A DNA stretch of 64,000 nt from Paragordius varius (GCA_964247055.1 OZ176055.1:868001-932000); one strand, 5' to 3'; shown: positions 12,990 to 26,391, counted from the first letter of the stretch. Numbers and translations are program-made. Notes: generated by a model not told the origin, from the sequence alone.

Positions 12990-13175
12990 GTGCTAGAAAA
13001 AAAATGTTTTTTAAAACATCAAACGCTAGAATTGGAGAATGAATTTCATTTTAATCGATATTTGACACGCAGGAGGCGATATGAAATAGCAAACTTGCTG
13101 GGACTCACTGAACGCCAAGTTAAAATTTGGTTCCAAAATCGACGTATGAAATGGAAAAGGGATAATAAATCTTAG
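12990..13175 (+). pseudogene. Hox-class homeobox fragment (residues ~8-60 intact, N-terminal arm disrupted, no ATG); pseudogene or orphan exon
   Basis: [53 protein letters not shown]. There is an in-frame TGA at about 12972 and no Met upstream in frame. A possible acceptor TAG lies at 12994-12996. Confidence 0.7.
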
Positions 13176-13519
13176 TAAAGTGCAGCTCATATATGGCAAA
13201 AATATGATATAAGAATGGATTGCTGATACGCTGGACAAACGAAACATTGTATTAAAAAATCATCTCAAACGCTTAGCTATTTTTACTTTTAGATATTCGT
13301 GATATAAGATTGAATATATATAAACTTATTTAAAATAACTGAAAATAATCTCAATGTAGTTCATTTGTTAACCAAATATTTTAAATGATTAAATGTCACA
13401 AATAAAACACTCGACGACTTTGGAGCCATTGAAAATTTAGCTTCCTTTCACAGTAAAACTTATATTAAAAAGGAAAAACAATATTATTCGCCAACAATCT
13501 AATTAAATTCAATTATACC

Positions 13520-13790
13520 AAATACATAAGCCCATACCATATATACTTAATCTTAACCCGATTAACAACGTCATCAGAAATCTCCGGTTACAATGGGGGT
13601 TGGATACATGTTGAAAATACCCACCCATATTCTTAAAACTATAAAAAATAACTCGGTTGAATTGCCAGCAAAATCCGATCGAACCCCATACCACATGGCT
13701 CAACACAATAATTAGGGATTTCGAATCGCTTAATTTAAATCTAGAATTTGTCAGATCAAGAGAAGAGTAGAAAAAACTGGTGTACCGTCA
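13520..13790 (+). mobile_element. Decayed 3' end of a non-LTR retrotransposon ORF2 (RTE/L2-like)
   Basis: Translation with stops: IRNLRLQWGLDTC*...IEPHTTWLNTIIRDFESLNLNLEFVRSREE*KKLV. This resembles the RRLxWxGHV...RPRTTWxDTIxRDL...DRxxWxxLV C-terminus of LINE ORF2. Confidence 0.55.
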
Positions 13791-15225
13791 ATTAATGGCG
13801 AATCCCTGAAAACTTGAAAAAGCAAAAGATTGATATTTGTCAACACCTTGATTTTTTGATTTTTATATTGAAATTAAGTGTATAATCATTCATCCCTATA
13901 CCTTGTTTCATAGCCCAAACAATAGAGATCTTTAAAAAAAACTTAAGTTAAAAATAGGGTTCCTTTGAAAAATATTTGGTTATACTAGTATTTTTATAAT
14001 TTAAACAATTACATTATATTCAGGTTAATATACGGTTTGAAAAAAAAATTTTTTCGCTTATCAAAGATAGATGATTGTTTTAAGAATTAATGTGAAATTA
14101 TATATATTTTGTTGTATTTTTATATACAACTATCAATAATTGTAAGGTAAAATTTTATATATAAAAATTATATTTTTTACAGTAAAAATTGAGAATATAA
14201 GGACAAAACTTTGAAATATATAGACAAATATTTTTTTTTCAAAAGCCAACCATACTTTTTTAAACCTTATTTTTTCGTATACATACTCTATATCTTACTA
14301 TTTTAAACAATAAGTTTTATTTTAAATAAATCAAGATTTAAAAAGTATGGGGTCTTTTAGTAAAAAAAATATATTTATAATTTTTTTCCGTATAATTTCA
14401 CTATTTACTGTAAAAAATGTATGGATAAGATTTTTTTTTTAAATCTTAAAAAATTTCAAAAACTATCATATTATTTATCAGGGTAAACAAAATAAGGATT
14501 AGAATACACCCACATTCTACTCTCAAATATTTTTGTAAATTGCCATTTTAATAGGTTATTACCAGTTTTATTTTACTGATCGGCGGCCTATAATAAGAAA
14601 CGCTCATGTATTATACATTTCAAAGGCTTTTTTACAAGGTGACATTTTTTCACTAACTTTTTTTTGTAGAAAGAAAACCTATGATATGTTTAATATTATT
14701 CAGGCCTTAAAGTATTATAATAATTTAACTCACTCAACAATTATGTAATTTCTAAGCCTCTTACTTACTATAATTTACTTGTATAATAAGGATGAAATAT
14801 GATTAATTATATGAATCGTTTATAATTAATATATATATATATATATATATAGGATAATCAAGATTGTATAATTAGATTATATTGGGAAATTTGATTTGCT
14901 GATATATATATAAAATAATTTCTAGATTATGTATAAGTAGTTTAATAAAATAAATATCCACTGATTGTAAATTAGAGGGTAGGGGTGGGGTGTATGTGCA
15001 GGAAGATACAATAAAATATATATTTACTTTAAAAGGTAATTATAATAATAGAATATAAAATCCCTGAATGGTTTTGCATATGTAACATTGCTAAAAAATC
15101 AAAGGTATATTATATAAATTTTCTAAATAAAATATTTATATATATCCATTTAAATTAGGTAATTGTCTAATTTGGCTTATACTATAGTATTTAATGTTAA
15201 AAAACGATAAACCCCAAAAAATTAA

Positions 15226-18200
15226 TCAAAAATCAGGTGATCGCGAATAAATGCGTGCAATTTCCTTCACCCTTTCCAGCAAGGTAACAGATGATATTCT
15301 GGCTTCTGGATCCTTTTCCCAACAATCATTTAGGGTTGAAACTAAGTTGCTTGATAGCTAAAAAAACAGTAAAATAAAAATTTTAAATCTTAAGTATTTC
15401 AACAGAATCAAAAAAGATATATACAATAAAAATTAAAATTATACGGAGAAAACGCATAAATATAAAGTCAAATATTATTTATTAATTCTGTATTTTACGA
15501 TTGTATCTAAATAACATATAAAGGAAAAATTAAGGTTTAAAAAGGGTATGGTTGTCTTTTGAAAAAAAATATTTGTCTTTATAATTTTAAGCGTATTGTC
15601 CGTATTTATATTATAACTGTGTCTGTTTTTTAATCAAAAAAACTTGAAACATTCTCTAAAAAATTTATAACCTTACATAAGCATGTATAGTTCATCTTTT
15701 TCGTTTTTTTATAGTTATCCGCTTTATCGTATAAAATTAAATTATAAAGCAACGCTTTTTTGATTAATTACTTTAACATAAATCAAATTATCAAAAACTC
15801 GGTCGGATATTAAAAAATATTCTTTTGGTTAAAATAAGTAATTGTTTTGAAATGTTTTGAATTTTATCGAATAAATTTACCTTATTATCTTTCCAACTTT
15901 GAGGTATATAGGGTCTTAAACCATTACGGCAAATGGCTTGTTGCATTTGTTCCAATGAGGGATTTAAACCAAGTTCCTTTTCGTAGGGTAATGCATATTT
16001 AGTTGGGTTATCAGTATTATCTAACCAATAAAAAAATGATATAGAGACAAAATTAACTAATCTAACTTTAATTAATATTTAGGAAAAAGTTTACAGTAAG
16101 TAAAAATATTATTAAATTATTAATTTCTAAAAGACAACCATACTTTTTAAATCTATTTTTTTATCGTAACTCATTGTTTAAAATTGCAAATATGATATAG
16201 AGATGAATATTGAAAACACAATCAATTATAAATTTTACAATGGTAGTAAATATTTTATATAAGTTTTTTAAAATTTAAAAAGTATGGTATGTCTTTTAAA
16301 CAAAATATATGTCTTACTTAATATTTGCGATTTGTCCGTATAATATCAATTTTTAATGTATTAACATTTTAACAACAATAATATTTAACAAACTAATGGT
16401 ACAATTAACCTGAGATTTGTAAAAATATAATTAGGCAGTTAAAAATTTCTTTGCCATTCACGGATTTGGGTTAATTTGTATCCAAAAATAATTTTAAAAT
16501 AGGTTCAACAATAATCAATAATAAAATAGAAAATTTAAAAAATGTATTTCAAAGTATATACTTATATCAGTACAACGTGACAATAATTCCCAAATGACCA
16601 AGGCTATGGCATAAACATCAACTTTGAGAAAGCATTCCATATTGTAAGAGATGGCGCCTTCCAGAATTTCAGGGGCCATATACCTCAATGTTCCTTTCTA
16701 AAGCATAATTTTCGGAATATGATAAAATTAATTTTTTTTAACAAATTGAAAAAACTTTTATAAATATTTTCAAAATACAGTAATGTATCCTTTATTTTAT
16801 AAAAAATTTATTTTTTTGTTTGTTAGTGTATAAATATTTGGTAAAGAATGGAAAAAACAAGAGCTCTATGGTTTTAACAATATCATATTCATCAAAAAAG
16901 TATAAGAATTACCATAGAGCTATTGCTTTTTCCATTTTTTACCAAATAATTATATCATCCCTATATTTAAATATTTCTTCAAAAAAATTAACAAAACAGA
17001 AGAATTTTTTTTTGGTAAAAAAATTACCTGATTAAGTTCACACTTAAAAGCCGAACTCCCGTGCAAAGTTTCTTTGCCCTCCATAATGAGTGAAGATCCA
17101 AAATCACCAATTTTAGCGCGTAAACCATTATTATTATCATTACGAAATCCTTCAAAACTATTATTCTCATTGTTTCGGTGTAGGAATATGTTTTTACTCT
17201 TAATATCTTTGTGGACTATGCTAGGTTTATACGTAAAGTGTGATTTTAATTTTTGTACACAGCTATTATTGTAATTATTGCTTATGTTGTCGGAACCTAA
17301 TAAATTATTTTCAGAGCTGTTTTTCCTCCTGTAAAATAAAGCATTATTATTATTATTATTATTAACATTGCTAATGTGATTAGTGCGGCAGCTTGTTGTG
17401 TCCATATTTTCGGACGAGGAAGTAAAAATATTGGCCGTTACCATGGTAACATCTTGATTACTCGTTAGCAGGGTGGATTCATCGCTACATGAAATTAAAC
17501 GTTCATGATGCTTAATAACATCATTATTAGAATCTGTTGAGCTAATTTTATTCGCGTTGTCACAGTCATTGCTATATAATTGAGTGGGTGAAGGTGTATG
17601 ACTAACATAGCATGAATCTCTGTCTTTACAGCTGTTTCTTTGGGGGGAAAGATGGCGGTTAACTCCCAGATCAGCTGATTTATGATGACATGGTGCTTCT
17701 TCTTTATTATTGCAATCAAGGTGATCATACAAATTATTTGTGTTATGTAAGTATGCTAAGCCAAAACACATATCAAGCACAATGGTAACGAGTTCGGGCC
17801 ATGTAACAGTGTGCAAGGATAAATAATCATACAGAGATCCACAGTTCTATACAGGTAAATTAAAAAATGAAAAAAAATGATCTCCAAAAAAAACAGATTG
17901 AAAAAAGAGGCTAATTAGTGACTCTCCAAAAAAAACAAAATTTTGTGGCTTATATGCTTAAGATATTGCGGGTATTTATCTATAAAAAATTGTTAAACTG
18001 CATTTTAATGATGCAATAATAAACCTTTATATCTAAAACGAACAAAACAAAAAAACGATTTCAGACCCTAATCATGGTTTTTAGCAATTAATTTTTGTCT
18101 TAGGTCTCATATTTAAAATTTTATAAAAAACATGGTAAAATTGACAATAAAATACATTGTAAAACTTTAGTAAACCTGATACGGGGTAATAAGGAATGGC

Positions 18201-21200
18201 TTAGGAATAATGAGTTCTTGAGGATCTAATGGAGAAGTTTCAAATTGCAATGTGACAGTTGACAAAGTATCATTCTGTTCTTCAAATATACATGATGCAT
18301 ATATCAGGGGTAAAATGTTGGGATGTCCGTTATGATAAGCAAATTTAATTTCTTCACCAGTTACAACTTCAGCTGTTGTCATCTCGGTACAAATCTTATT
18401 GTTTTTGCTATAATTATTAGTTTGAGCAGTTAATGAGTATGGTATATCAAAAAGTAAAAGGGCATAAACCCTAAGTTCACGATACCAGCAATCAATATTC
18501 CGTTCATGATATTGTTTTATAACAATGGATGATGTGATTGTTTCTAATTGGTTAGTAGTTTCAAGTGAGGAAGGCATGAGGTGATATATAGTTGATATGG
18601 ATGATTTTGATATGATAATAGGTGGGGAATTTAACTTTGAGTTTGTTAAATTACAAGAATTGTCGTGAACAAACAAATTTAAACGAACTAGCCATGTTAA
18701 AAGATTCCTAATTTCATGTGGAATGATTTTATCATTTTTGTCAGCGTAGACACGTGATTTAGGATTTTTAGCCAATTTTTTAGTTTTCCTTTTTGCTGAA
18801 GTAAAGGGCAAAAACGCCTTTTTACATGTTTCAGGACTATAATATTCAACTTTAACATCTCCATTAATTTTAGTGCTATTTCTTTGTTTTACCAAAGCTA
18901 ATTGGGTATTAAACTGGTTCCTAACGTAGGATTCGTAAAAGGGTGAGATTAAGTCAAGGGACATTAAAAAACTGAGATAAAGTACAGAAGATAAACAACA
19001 ACTAATCTCGTCCATTCGGCCGGTGGAATGTTGAATATAATTGTTACGATAAGAAAGGTGGTTTAAATTTTCTTGACACAACATTTTTACCATCATAGAT
19101 TGTTGGCAAGAAGAGGTAATATCATACATACCTGGGTCATTATCATTGTTTAATTCATTTGAGATATTGTTTTTTGAAGGGTGATAAATACTTGATTGCG
19201 TTGAAACATTTTGATGTTTTGTAGATAGGACATTTTTTAAATGAAAAAACTTGACAATCCTTAACCAAACATTGTACCAGTCAGAATTTTTTGTTACAGA
19301 AGTACTTAAGCCTAAATACCCAGAAGGAGAATACAGCAATGGGTCATACAAGTATTGGAGGTAGTTTTCATTAGCCACCATATGGGATAAATTTTTGCCA
19401 CTACCCAATTCACGGTTTTTAAGGGCGTTTGCAGATTTGCGTTTAGTATTGTGATTGATATTATTGTTTTTACAGGCAGCATAATATATAATAAGCCCAG
19501 CTCCAATTGCTATAAAAAGTAAGCAAATAGGGATTAATGTTATAGCTGTAACCAGGAGTTTATGGGAAGTCGGATTAGACAGAGCTATTCGTATGAATGT
19601 CGTGAAATTCATGTTGGCCATCGAATTATTATGTAAGGGGGGAGTATTGTAAAAATGATGGTGAGGAATGGTATTTGTTTTTCTGGGCAAGGATGAAAAA
19701 GTCGTTTTATGTTGAGTATTCAATGATGAGGTAGTAGTTGGTTTTTGTGTTCTTGAGGTGAATGTGTTTGCTAAAATAAAATCAAAATAGTTTTAGTTTT
19801 TGGAGACGTGTTTTGAATATAAATATGCATCAATAACGCGAAAAATTAATAATATATAACTGATTGATAAGGATTGTTTTAGATCCGAAATATTTTTGAT
19901 ATTATTTTGTTACAATGTAAAATATTTGTCTTTTACTTAAAGAAAATTTTAAATTATGATATAATACTGCATCCCCTTTTAATTTTTTTGCAGACGATTA
20001 CGTTTTGGGGGTAGTTATGTGTGTATCACAGAGCTTAATCTGCTATATAACTACTGTTTTTTAAAGTTGTTTTGTAAATAAATTATAATTATCAAACATT
20101 GTTCGCCTGATTTAGAAAAACCCTAATTTTTTTTAATCTTATGTAGTCTAAAATTAAAATACCTCAAAACCCATTTCAAACAGTTAATTTAAAAAAAATC
20201 TAAAAAGATGAGAATATTTTAACAATATTAGCCTAAATGACTAAAGAATGTACAAATTTTTAAATTTAATCCAATATAAATAAATACCTTTACGTTCGAA
20301 TTTAAAATGACTCTGAGATAAAAAACCACCCCAAAAAGGCTAAAGTATTAATAAATTTTAGCATAAATGTCGCTTTAGAAACAGACTTTTATAACATATT
20401 AAAGTTGGACATACCCTTTCTTGAGATATTGATATTAATTTCATATTTATATTTTATAGATTTTGCATATTTTAGGCAACTTTTTTAAAAAAATCACTTT
20501 GCATTTTCTTAGTTCTTGGGATTTTATGCTAGCTGTTCATTAAATATTAATTACCAAAGAAAGTCAATCAATTATTTTTCTATGTAATTATATTAATGGC
20601 CAATTTATAATATTTTTCATTGGCAAAAAAAATATAATTAATAAACAAACACCATCAAAATAAAAAAAATGATTAAACTTCCGGTATTTTTGCAAATAAT
20701 TACGTGATTAAAATTATGCTTATGCGTTGTAAAAATGCAAGATAATTATTTTAAAAAATAATATTATTAAAAATTAAGCATTTTAAACGATTTATTAATC
20801 ACATATCTGATTTTTCTTAAAAATCCTAATTAAAAAATATATAAAATTATTTATATATTTCACTTGTCGTTAGTTTTGGTAAGCTCGGTTCCCGTAAAAA
20901 ATATTCTAGCATGGAGTTACCATGGTTACAGCGTTGCCCATGGCAACAACAAAACACATGATGGGCGATTACGGGACCACCATTGCGTCCGGTTCCACTG
21001 ATTGGGTAACATTCAGGAAGTTCTTTGCAATTGGCATCATTCAACCAACATCCTGTATGTATATTAATTAATGAATTTAATATAGATTAGATAAAAACGC
21101 ATTAAATTTTTTACAGTCAAAAATGCATAAAAGTAGAAAGAATTATAATTAATAATTTTAATGGGCAGGGAATATGATGTAGCACGCTATATTTGGACAG

Positions 21201-21659
21201 GAAAAAGCTATAAAATTTAAAATCATTTTTGCAAAAAATCAATATTTTTGCACAGCTTGTGAGTAATGTATTATTTTAACACAAAAAATAGTAACGCTCA
21301 AATAGTAACCAGCTTTGGCAAGCTTATAAACACATTTTAATAATAAATTAAAAAGTTTTTCAGTACAAAAATTAAAGATTCAATCTTTTACCTTTTTTCT
21401 GAATTTCATAGGTGGAATTTATTTCATTAAACTTCCAAAGTCCAAAACAATGAGCCTTCCTAGAAGCCAGTGTTTCATTACAATCCCTTACAGTAAATTG
21501 CGGTTGATTGACTTTCAAACGGGGTTGGTGTTGGAGTTCATTGCCCTTGTCAATGAAATCGCAAAACACGTTTGGGCTTTTTTCGTCTGCGCGACTGTTA
21601 TCGTTTGGATGAGGTGAGTCATCGAAAAGAAAATTTCGACCCGGGAGAATTTGAAACAT
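15226..21659 (-). CDS. TGF-beta superfamily type II Ser/Thr kinase receptor (activin receptor II / Punt-like), at least 7 exons, about 1090 aa; signal-peptide exon not found
   Basis: Exons 21659-21392, 21052-20864, 19770-18176, 17846-17028, 16697-16562, 16020-15881, 15357-15226 (GT-AG, in phase). Ectodomain HCFGLW...[11 protein letters not shown]...[10 protein letters not shown]; [28 protein letters not shown]; kinase motifs [65 protein letters not shown]. No long C-terminal tail, unlike BMPR2/Wit. Confidence 0.92.
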
Positions 21660-22796
21660 TTTTTCGCGAATTAAATCAATTTTGATTAGTCAATTAAAAG
21701 TAATATTTTATATTCATTAAAAATAATAATTAGGTTAATGCGGATATTTCACATTTAATCGCTAAATTTGTCTTTTATTTTCATTTGTGCGAAGTAAATT
21801 TTATTGGTAATCAATTTAAACTTGGATGGAATGAAATAGCTGGATGATGTGAAAACACGTTTGAAGAAGGTAAAATTAAATTTGCATACATCATCAAACT
21901 TTTTGCGTTTCGCGATTCACTTTAAAACATATATACAATTTTTATTTCATCGAACGAATAAGGTTTGTTTATATAATTACATATAAGTATAACACATAGG
22001 TGCAAGAAAATTATTATTACATGCGAGCAATAAAATAAAAAATAAATTACCTGTACAATTAACTTTATTTAATAATTATCGATTGATTCAATTTCAATAT
22101 AGGTGATTATTGACGGCTAACTTATTAATATTTCTCATTAAAAACATCAAAGCAAAAATACACATGTGGACGCGTGTTTAATGAAAATTATAATTAAAAA
22201 AAATTCAGCGAATTTTTCGACGTTTTAAACATGTAAGTATAAAGATATGGTACATATTATTTATATCTAAAAAATATTTTACTTTTTTTCTAAAACGTAT
22301 AGATAAATAATTTATAAGACAATTTTATTTAAGATGGAAAAAATAACGGAACAAAACGGGCATGTATAAGTAAACTTTTTTTTGATGTATATATTTTTTT
22401 GTTTAATCCAAATCTTTTTGTTTTTTTCTTTTTATCTTTTGTTTGTAGAAAGAATGCGTAATGCACATGTTGTACAGTTAGAGTCCTTTTTTCCTTTTTG
22501 TTCGAAAAATTATGAAAAATATGACGTAATATTTTTAGTTGTTGTTATTGTTTTATCTTGAACTTTTTTTGTACAATAGTAAAAATTTAAAAAATGTATA
22601 GATAATAAGGTAAGTAAAGTGGAATTTGCATTTAATATTTTACTTAAATGGGACACCACTTAAGATTTAAATATATTTTTAATAATAAAGTATACCCGCT
22701 TGGTAAAATTTGAATCGGTGAATGCGTGATTCTCCATAATGGGTTATTTTTAATTAGATAAAAATTAATTTTCGCGTACACATTGGAGGCATTTAA

Positions 22797-23383
22797 CACT
22801 TGGAGAATAACACATTCATTTCAGTTCTTGGATTCAAATTGGGGTAGTTGGATACCCCAGGCCTGTTTAAAATTATAAATTCTTTAAAAAATATGAAAGG
22901 AATCGAAACCATGGCGAAATTATGCACATATATAACATTAATAAACCGATATATATATATATATATAATAATTTTATTTCAAAAATACTTGATATTATTT
23001 ATTTTAAGCTAAAACCGAAAGGTAAAAATTTCGCCAACTTGACATGTCTGAGTTGGTAAAATTAAAAAATAATAGAAAATAAACTGCTTTTTCTATTTCT
23101 ATCAATGTCAGATGTAATTTAAATAAAAATTAGCTTCAATTTTACCCTTAAAATTAAAGATGATATTTTGCAAAATTTTTGTAAAAAAAATGGCGTGGAA
23201 GTAGTGTGACATGAACTATTTTTTTCAATACAAAATTTTTATTAGATTTTGGCACATTTATGTAATTTTTATTAGGATAGAAGCATAAATATAAATTGGC
23301 ACCGTTTTCTTCAATAGTTTCTTAAAAATCCTAACTTAAATTTTATCGGGGGGTATTTAGATACACCAATTTGAATCTAAATG
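22797..23383 (-). mobile_element. TTAA-flanked ~570-bp MITE (piggyBac-type), copy 1 (inverted orientation)
   Basis: TTAA at 22793-22796 and 23384-23387. Termini CACTT.. / ..AAGTG and subterminal ATTCAAATTGGGGTA..TACCCC inverted motifs. Confidence 0.8.
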
Positions 23384-24535
23384 TTAAGAGCTTAAAATTT
23401 GAAAAATTTTAATTATTATTTTACTTGTATATACAGAGAATAAAATTGAAAATGGTATCAAGATAATATATATATATAATATATATTTATCTGTTTTTAA
23501 TTTACTAGTCGTTAACACTTTGTCCTAATTTACATCTATGGGTAGTTTCATATCCCAGACCTCAGTTTTGCAAAAATAAGTTTTAATAGATTTATCAGAT
23601 TAAATTTACTTATCAAACATTGTTTCATGTCTTAGATAATTGCAGTTTTGTGATTTCTAAAGAATTGGAACCGCTCAACACGATAAATATAAACAGTTAA
23701 TATTGAAATAAAAATATATCAAGCTTTTGTTTATAGGAATGCTTAAAATTAATATTTAAGCATAATTTTATTTATTTTGCTATCGCGTTAGCGGTGTAAA
23801 ATTATATAAAACGACCAAAAAGTTTGAGATGATGGTTACAATTTTACAATTTTTAAAAAAATTGTAAATTGTGTCTAAAAGGCTAGAGAAAGCATACTTT
23901 TGAATTCAGTCAATTTGATAAAAATTTAAAGATATTCGAATATCACTCTGGGATAAAAAACGTACCAAAAGAAAATGGAGTGCTCATAAATATTTTTGTC
24001 AAAGCTCTGTGCATCATTCCAAAAAACAACACCAAAATACATAAACTTCATAAAAGTCAAAATAATAATTTTAAAAATTTTAAGATGTGGGCTCCAGTCC
24101 CGAAATAGTTCTCTCTTCAAAATGGGCTATAGATGAAATGTAAAAATTCCGAGATTGTTCGATAAAGATATTAACAAAAATATTTTTAAAAAATTGTATT
24201 CAAAAACGCTTTAAGATATTAAAAACACTTAATATATATATATATATATATATGATTTTAAACAATCATTTAAATATATATATAATGTTTTTACAAAAAT
24301 TTACCGAAATTTGAATTCAAAATAACCTTTAAATTAAAATTCTTTAATAACAGAAGTCAGCATCATCAAATTATATAGGAAAGTGTGAAACGTGTAGGCA
24401 TTTTTGCATTTATTTTTATAGAACCAACCCATTTAGAAGAGCGAAAAAATTTGGGATTTCAACGTCATCTAAAACCAAAACTTTTATAATTTAATTTTAT
24501 ATGTAGTTTATGATATTTTTAGATAAATTTTTTAA

Positions 24536-25115
24536 CACTTCGATTCAAATTGGGATATCTAAATACCCCAGACTAAATTTAAATTAATATTTTTGAAAAA
24601 CTACTGAAGGAAACGGTCCCAATTTAAATTTATGCTTCTATCATGATAAATATTATATAAATATGCCAAAATATCTTGATAAAATTTTGTTTTGAAAAAA
24701 AGCTCCATCTCAAACTACTTTGACGCCATTTTTATTTTGCAAAATTTTTGCAAAATATCGTCTTTATTTAATTTTAAGGGTAAAACTGAAGCTAATTTTT
24801 TATATAAATTACATCTAACATTGATAGAAATAGAAAAAGCGATTTAGTTTGTATAATTTTCAATTTTACAATTTGACACATGCCACGTTGACGAAATTTT
24901 TACCTTTCGGTTTTAGCTTAAAATATGTAATATCAAGTATTTTTGAATAAAATTTTTTATATATTTCGGTTTAGTAATGTTAGATAAGTGAAAAATTTTG
25001 CCATGGTTTCGATTCCTTTTATATTTTTTAAAGAATTTAATTTTAAACAGGCCTAGGGTATCCAACTACCCCAATTTGAATCGAAGGACTAAAATAAGTG
25101 TGTTGTATCCAAGTG
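24536..25115 (+). mobile_element. TTAA-flanked MITE copy 2, nested in a larger Tc1-like non-autonomous element ending at about 25309
   Basis: Left TTAA at 24532-24535; the right TTAA is mutated. The body matches the other copies throughout. The host element ends TTTTTGGACGCAGTG-TA. Confidence 0.8.
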
Positions 25116-26391
25116 ATGAAAGCATTCAGCTTTCATCAAAATATTTAAAAAAATGTGCGTAAATTTAGCCATTTTCTGATATCGAGCTATTACTAGAAAA
25201 AAGTAAATAATTTTATTATAGCATTCGTATGGGCCAAACCAAAAGCACCATGATAATACTGATACATTTTTCTATCTGATTATCCTCAGGATATTTTTTG
25301 GACGCAGTGTAAAACTGTTAATTTTTATTTACAGGATATGTTTTAGTGCATTATTTTATCATCAAAAATTTCATATATAATGTACTAGTAAACATTTTTA
25401 AGGTCAATTTTTTGTTTTAAATAAAGTAATTGTTAGCCATTTTTACTGAATTCAACAACTCGATGAGAAAAGATGCTGATTAAAAGTGATGAAATTTTTT
25501 TGCAATATCACACTTTTTAAAGATATATATCAAATGTTTTAAAAATGTATTATAAATTTCGCCCACAAACGTATCACTTTTATAGTCCATTGGAATTGCC
25601 TTTAGTCACTACCATGTAATTATGTATAGAAAGAAGATCAAAATATTATATACTTTATATATCTCCCAACATATTTTTAGAGTTAAATTAAGATAAGGCC
25701 CTAACAAAACCAAAAAAGCCGAGATTATGTGGCCAAATTTATACGATACGCTATAGTGTTAAATTAACACTTCATTAATGTTGGTTTATTTTTATATCAC
25801 AAATCGATTCAAACCTCAAAAGTATATAAGATGTAAGGTCAAATTTAAAATATGCTTTCGTAAGCTTTTTAGCGCATTTTTAAAAAAAATATTAAAATAA
25901 AAAATCCTCATTTCAAACATACCCGCCATTTTTTTAATTTTATAAATGGCTGATACAACAGGCAAATAAAAATGTAAATGATTAATTTTAAAAAGCTTTC
26001 AGACTAACCAGCAAATTCTTGATATTAATTAATTTTAATATCAGCTGTCCATTTCAATGTTGTTTTGAAGATCTCCCAATTTTGGACTTTAGAAGTTAAA
26101 ACTGTAAAAAATATAAGCTTTTTTATCCATCCATTAAGACAAGTTTGATAATAATATAATTAAAACAACTAAAAAAACAGAAGTTTATTTGCATGATTAA
26201 GCTCTAAAATATAGAAATATTGGAAAATGTCGTCGCGGACCAAAAATGAAAATATAATGTATTATGATATATATTTGGATAAACATATTGTGTTTTAAAA
26301 TAAAAACAAATTTTGTGGAACCTATAATATGGGAATTGCAGCAGAAAATAAAATCTTTATATGCTTAAAGAACACTCATACTACTTAAGAT

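Noticed and set aside
12857-12990. Micro-intron models giving the homeobox its own ATG (e.g. ATG 12857 with 29-nt introns)
   Set aside because: Every combination tried hits an in-frame stop or lacks a start, and none restores a Hox-like N-terminal arm.
15895-15915. Apparent frameshift or stop in receptor exon 16020-15881
   Set aside because: Re-reading the reverse complement gives an intact frame ([13 protein letters not shown]); it was my reading error.
17074-17728. Overlapping alternative-frame or antisense ORFs within the receptor, malectin, SLC5, TMEM192 and LINE regions
   Set aside because: Shadow ORFs of real coding sequence with no independent motif support.
24998-25016. tRNA T-loop / B-box-like ATGGTTTCGATTCC inside the TTAA MITE
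   Set aside because: No A box, cloverleaf or poly-A/T tail. The element has TIRs and TTAA flanks, so it is not a tRNA or SINE.
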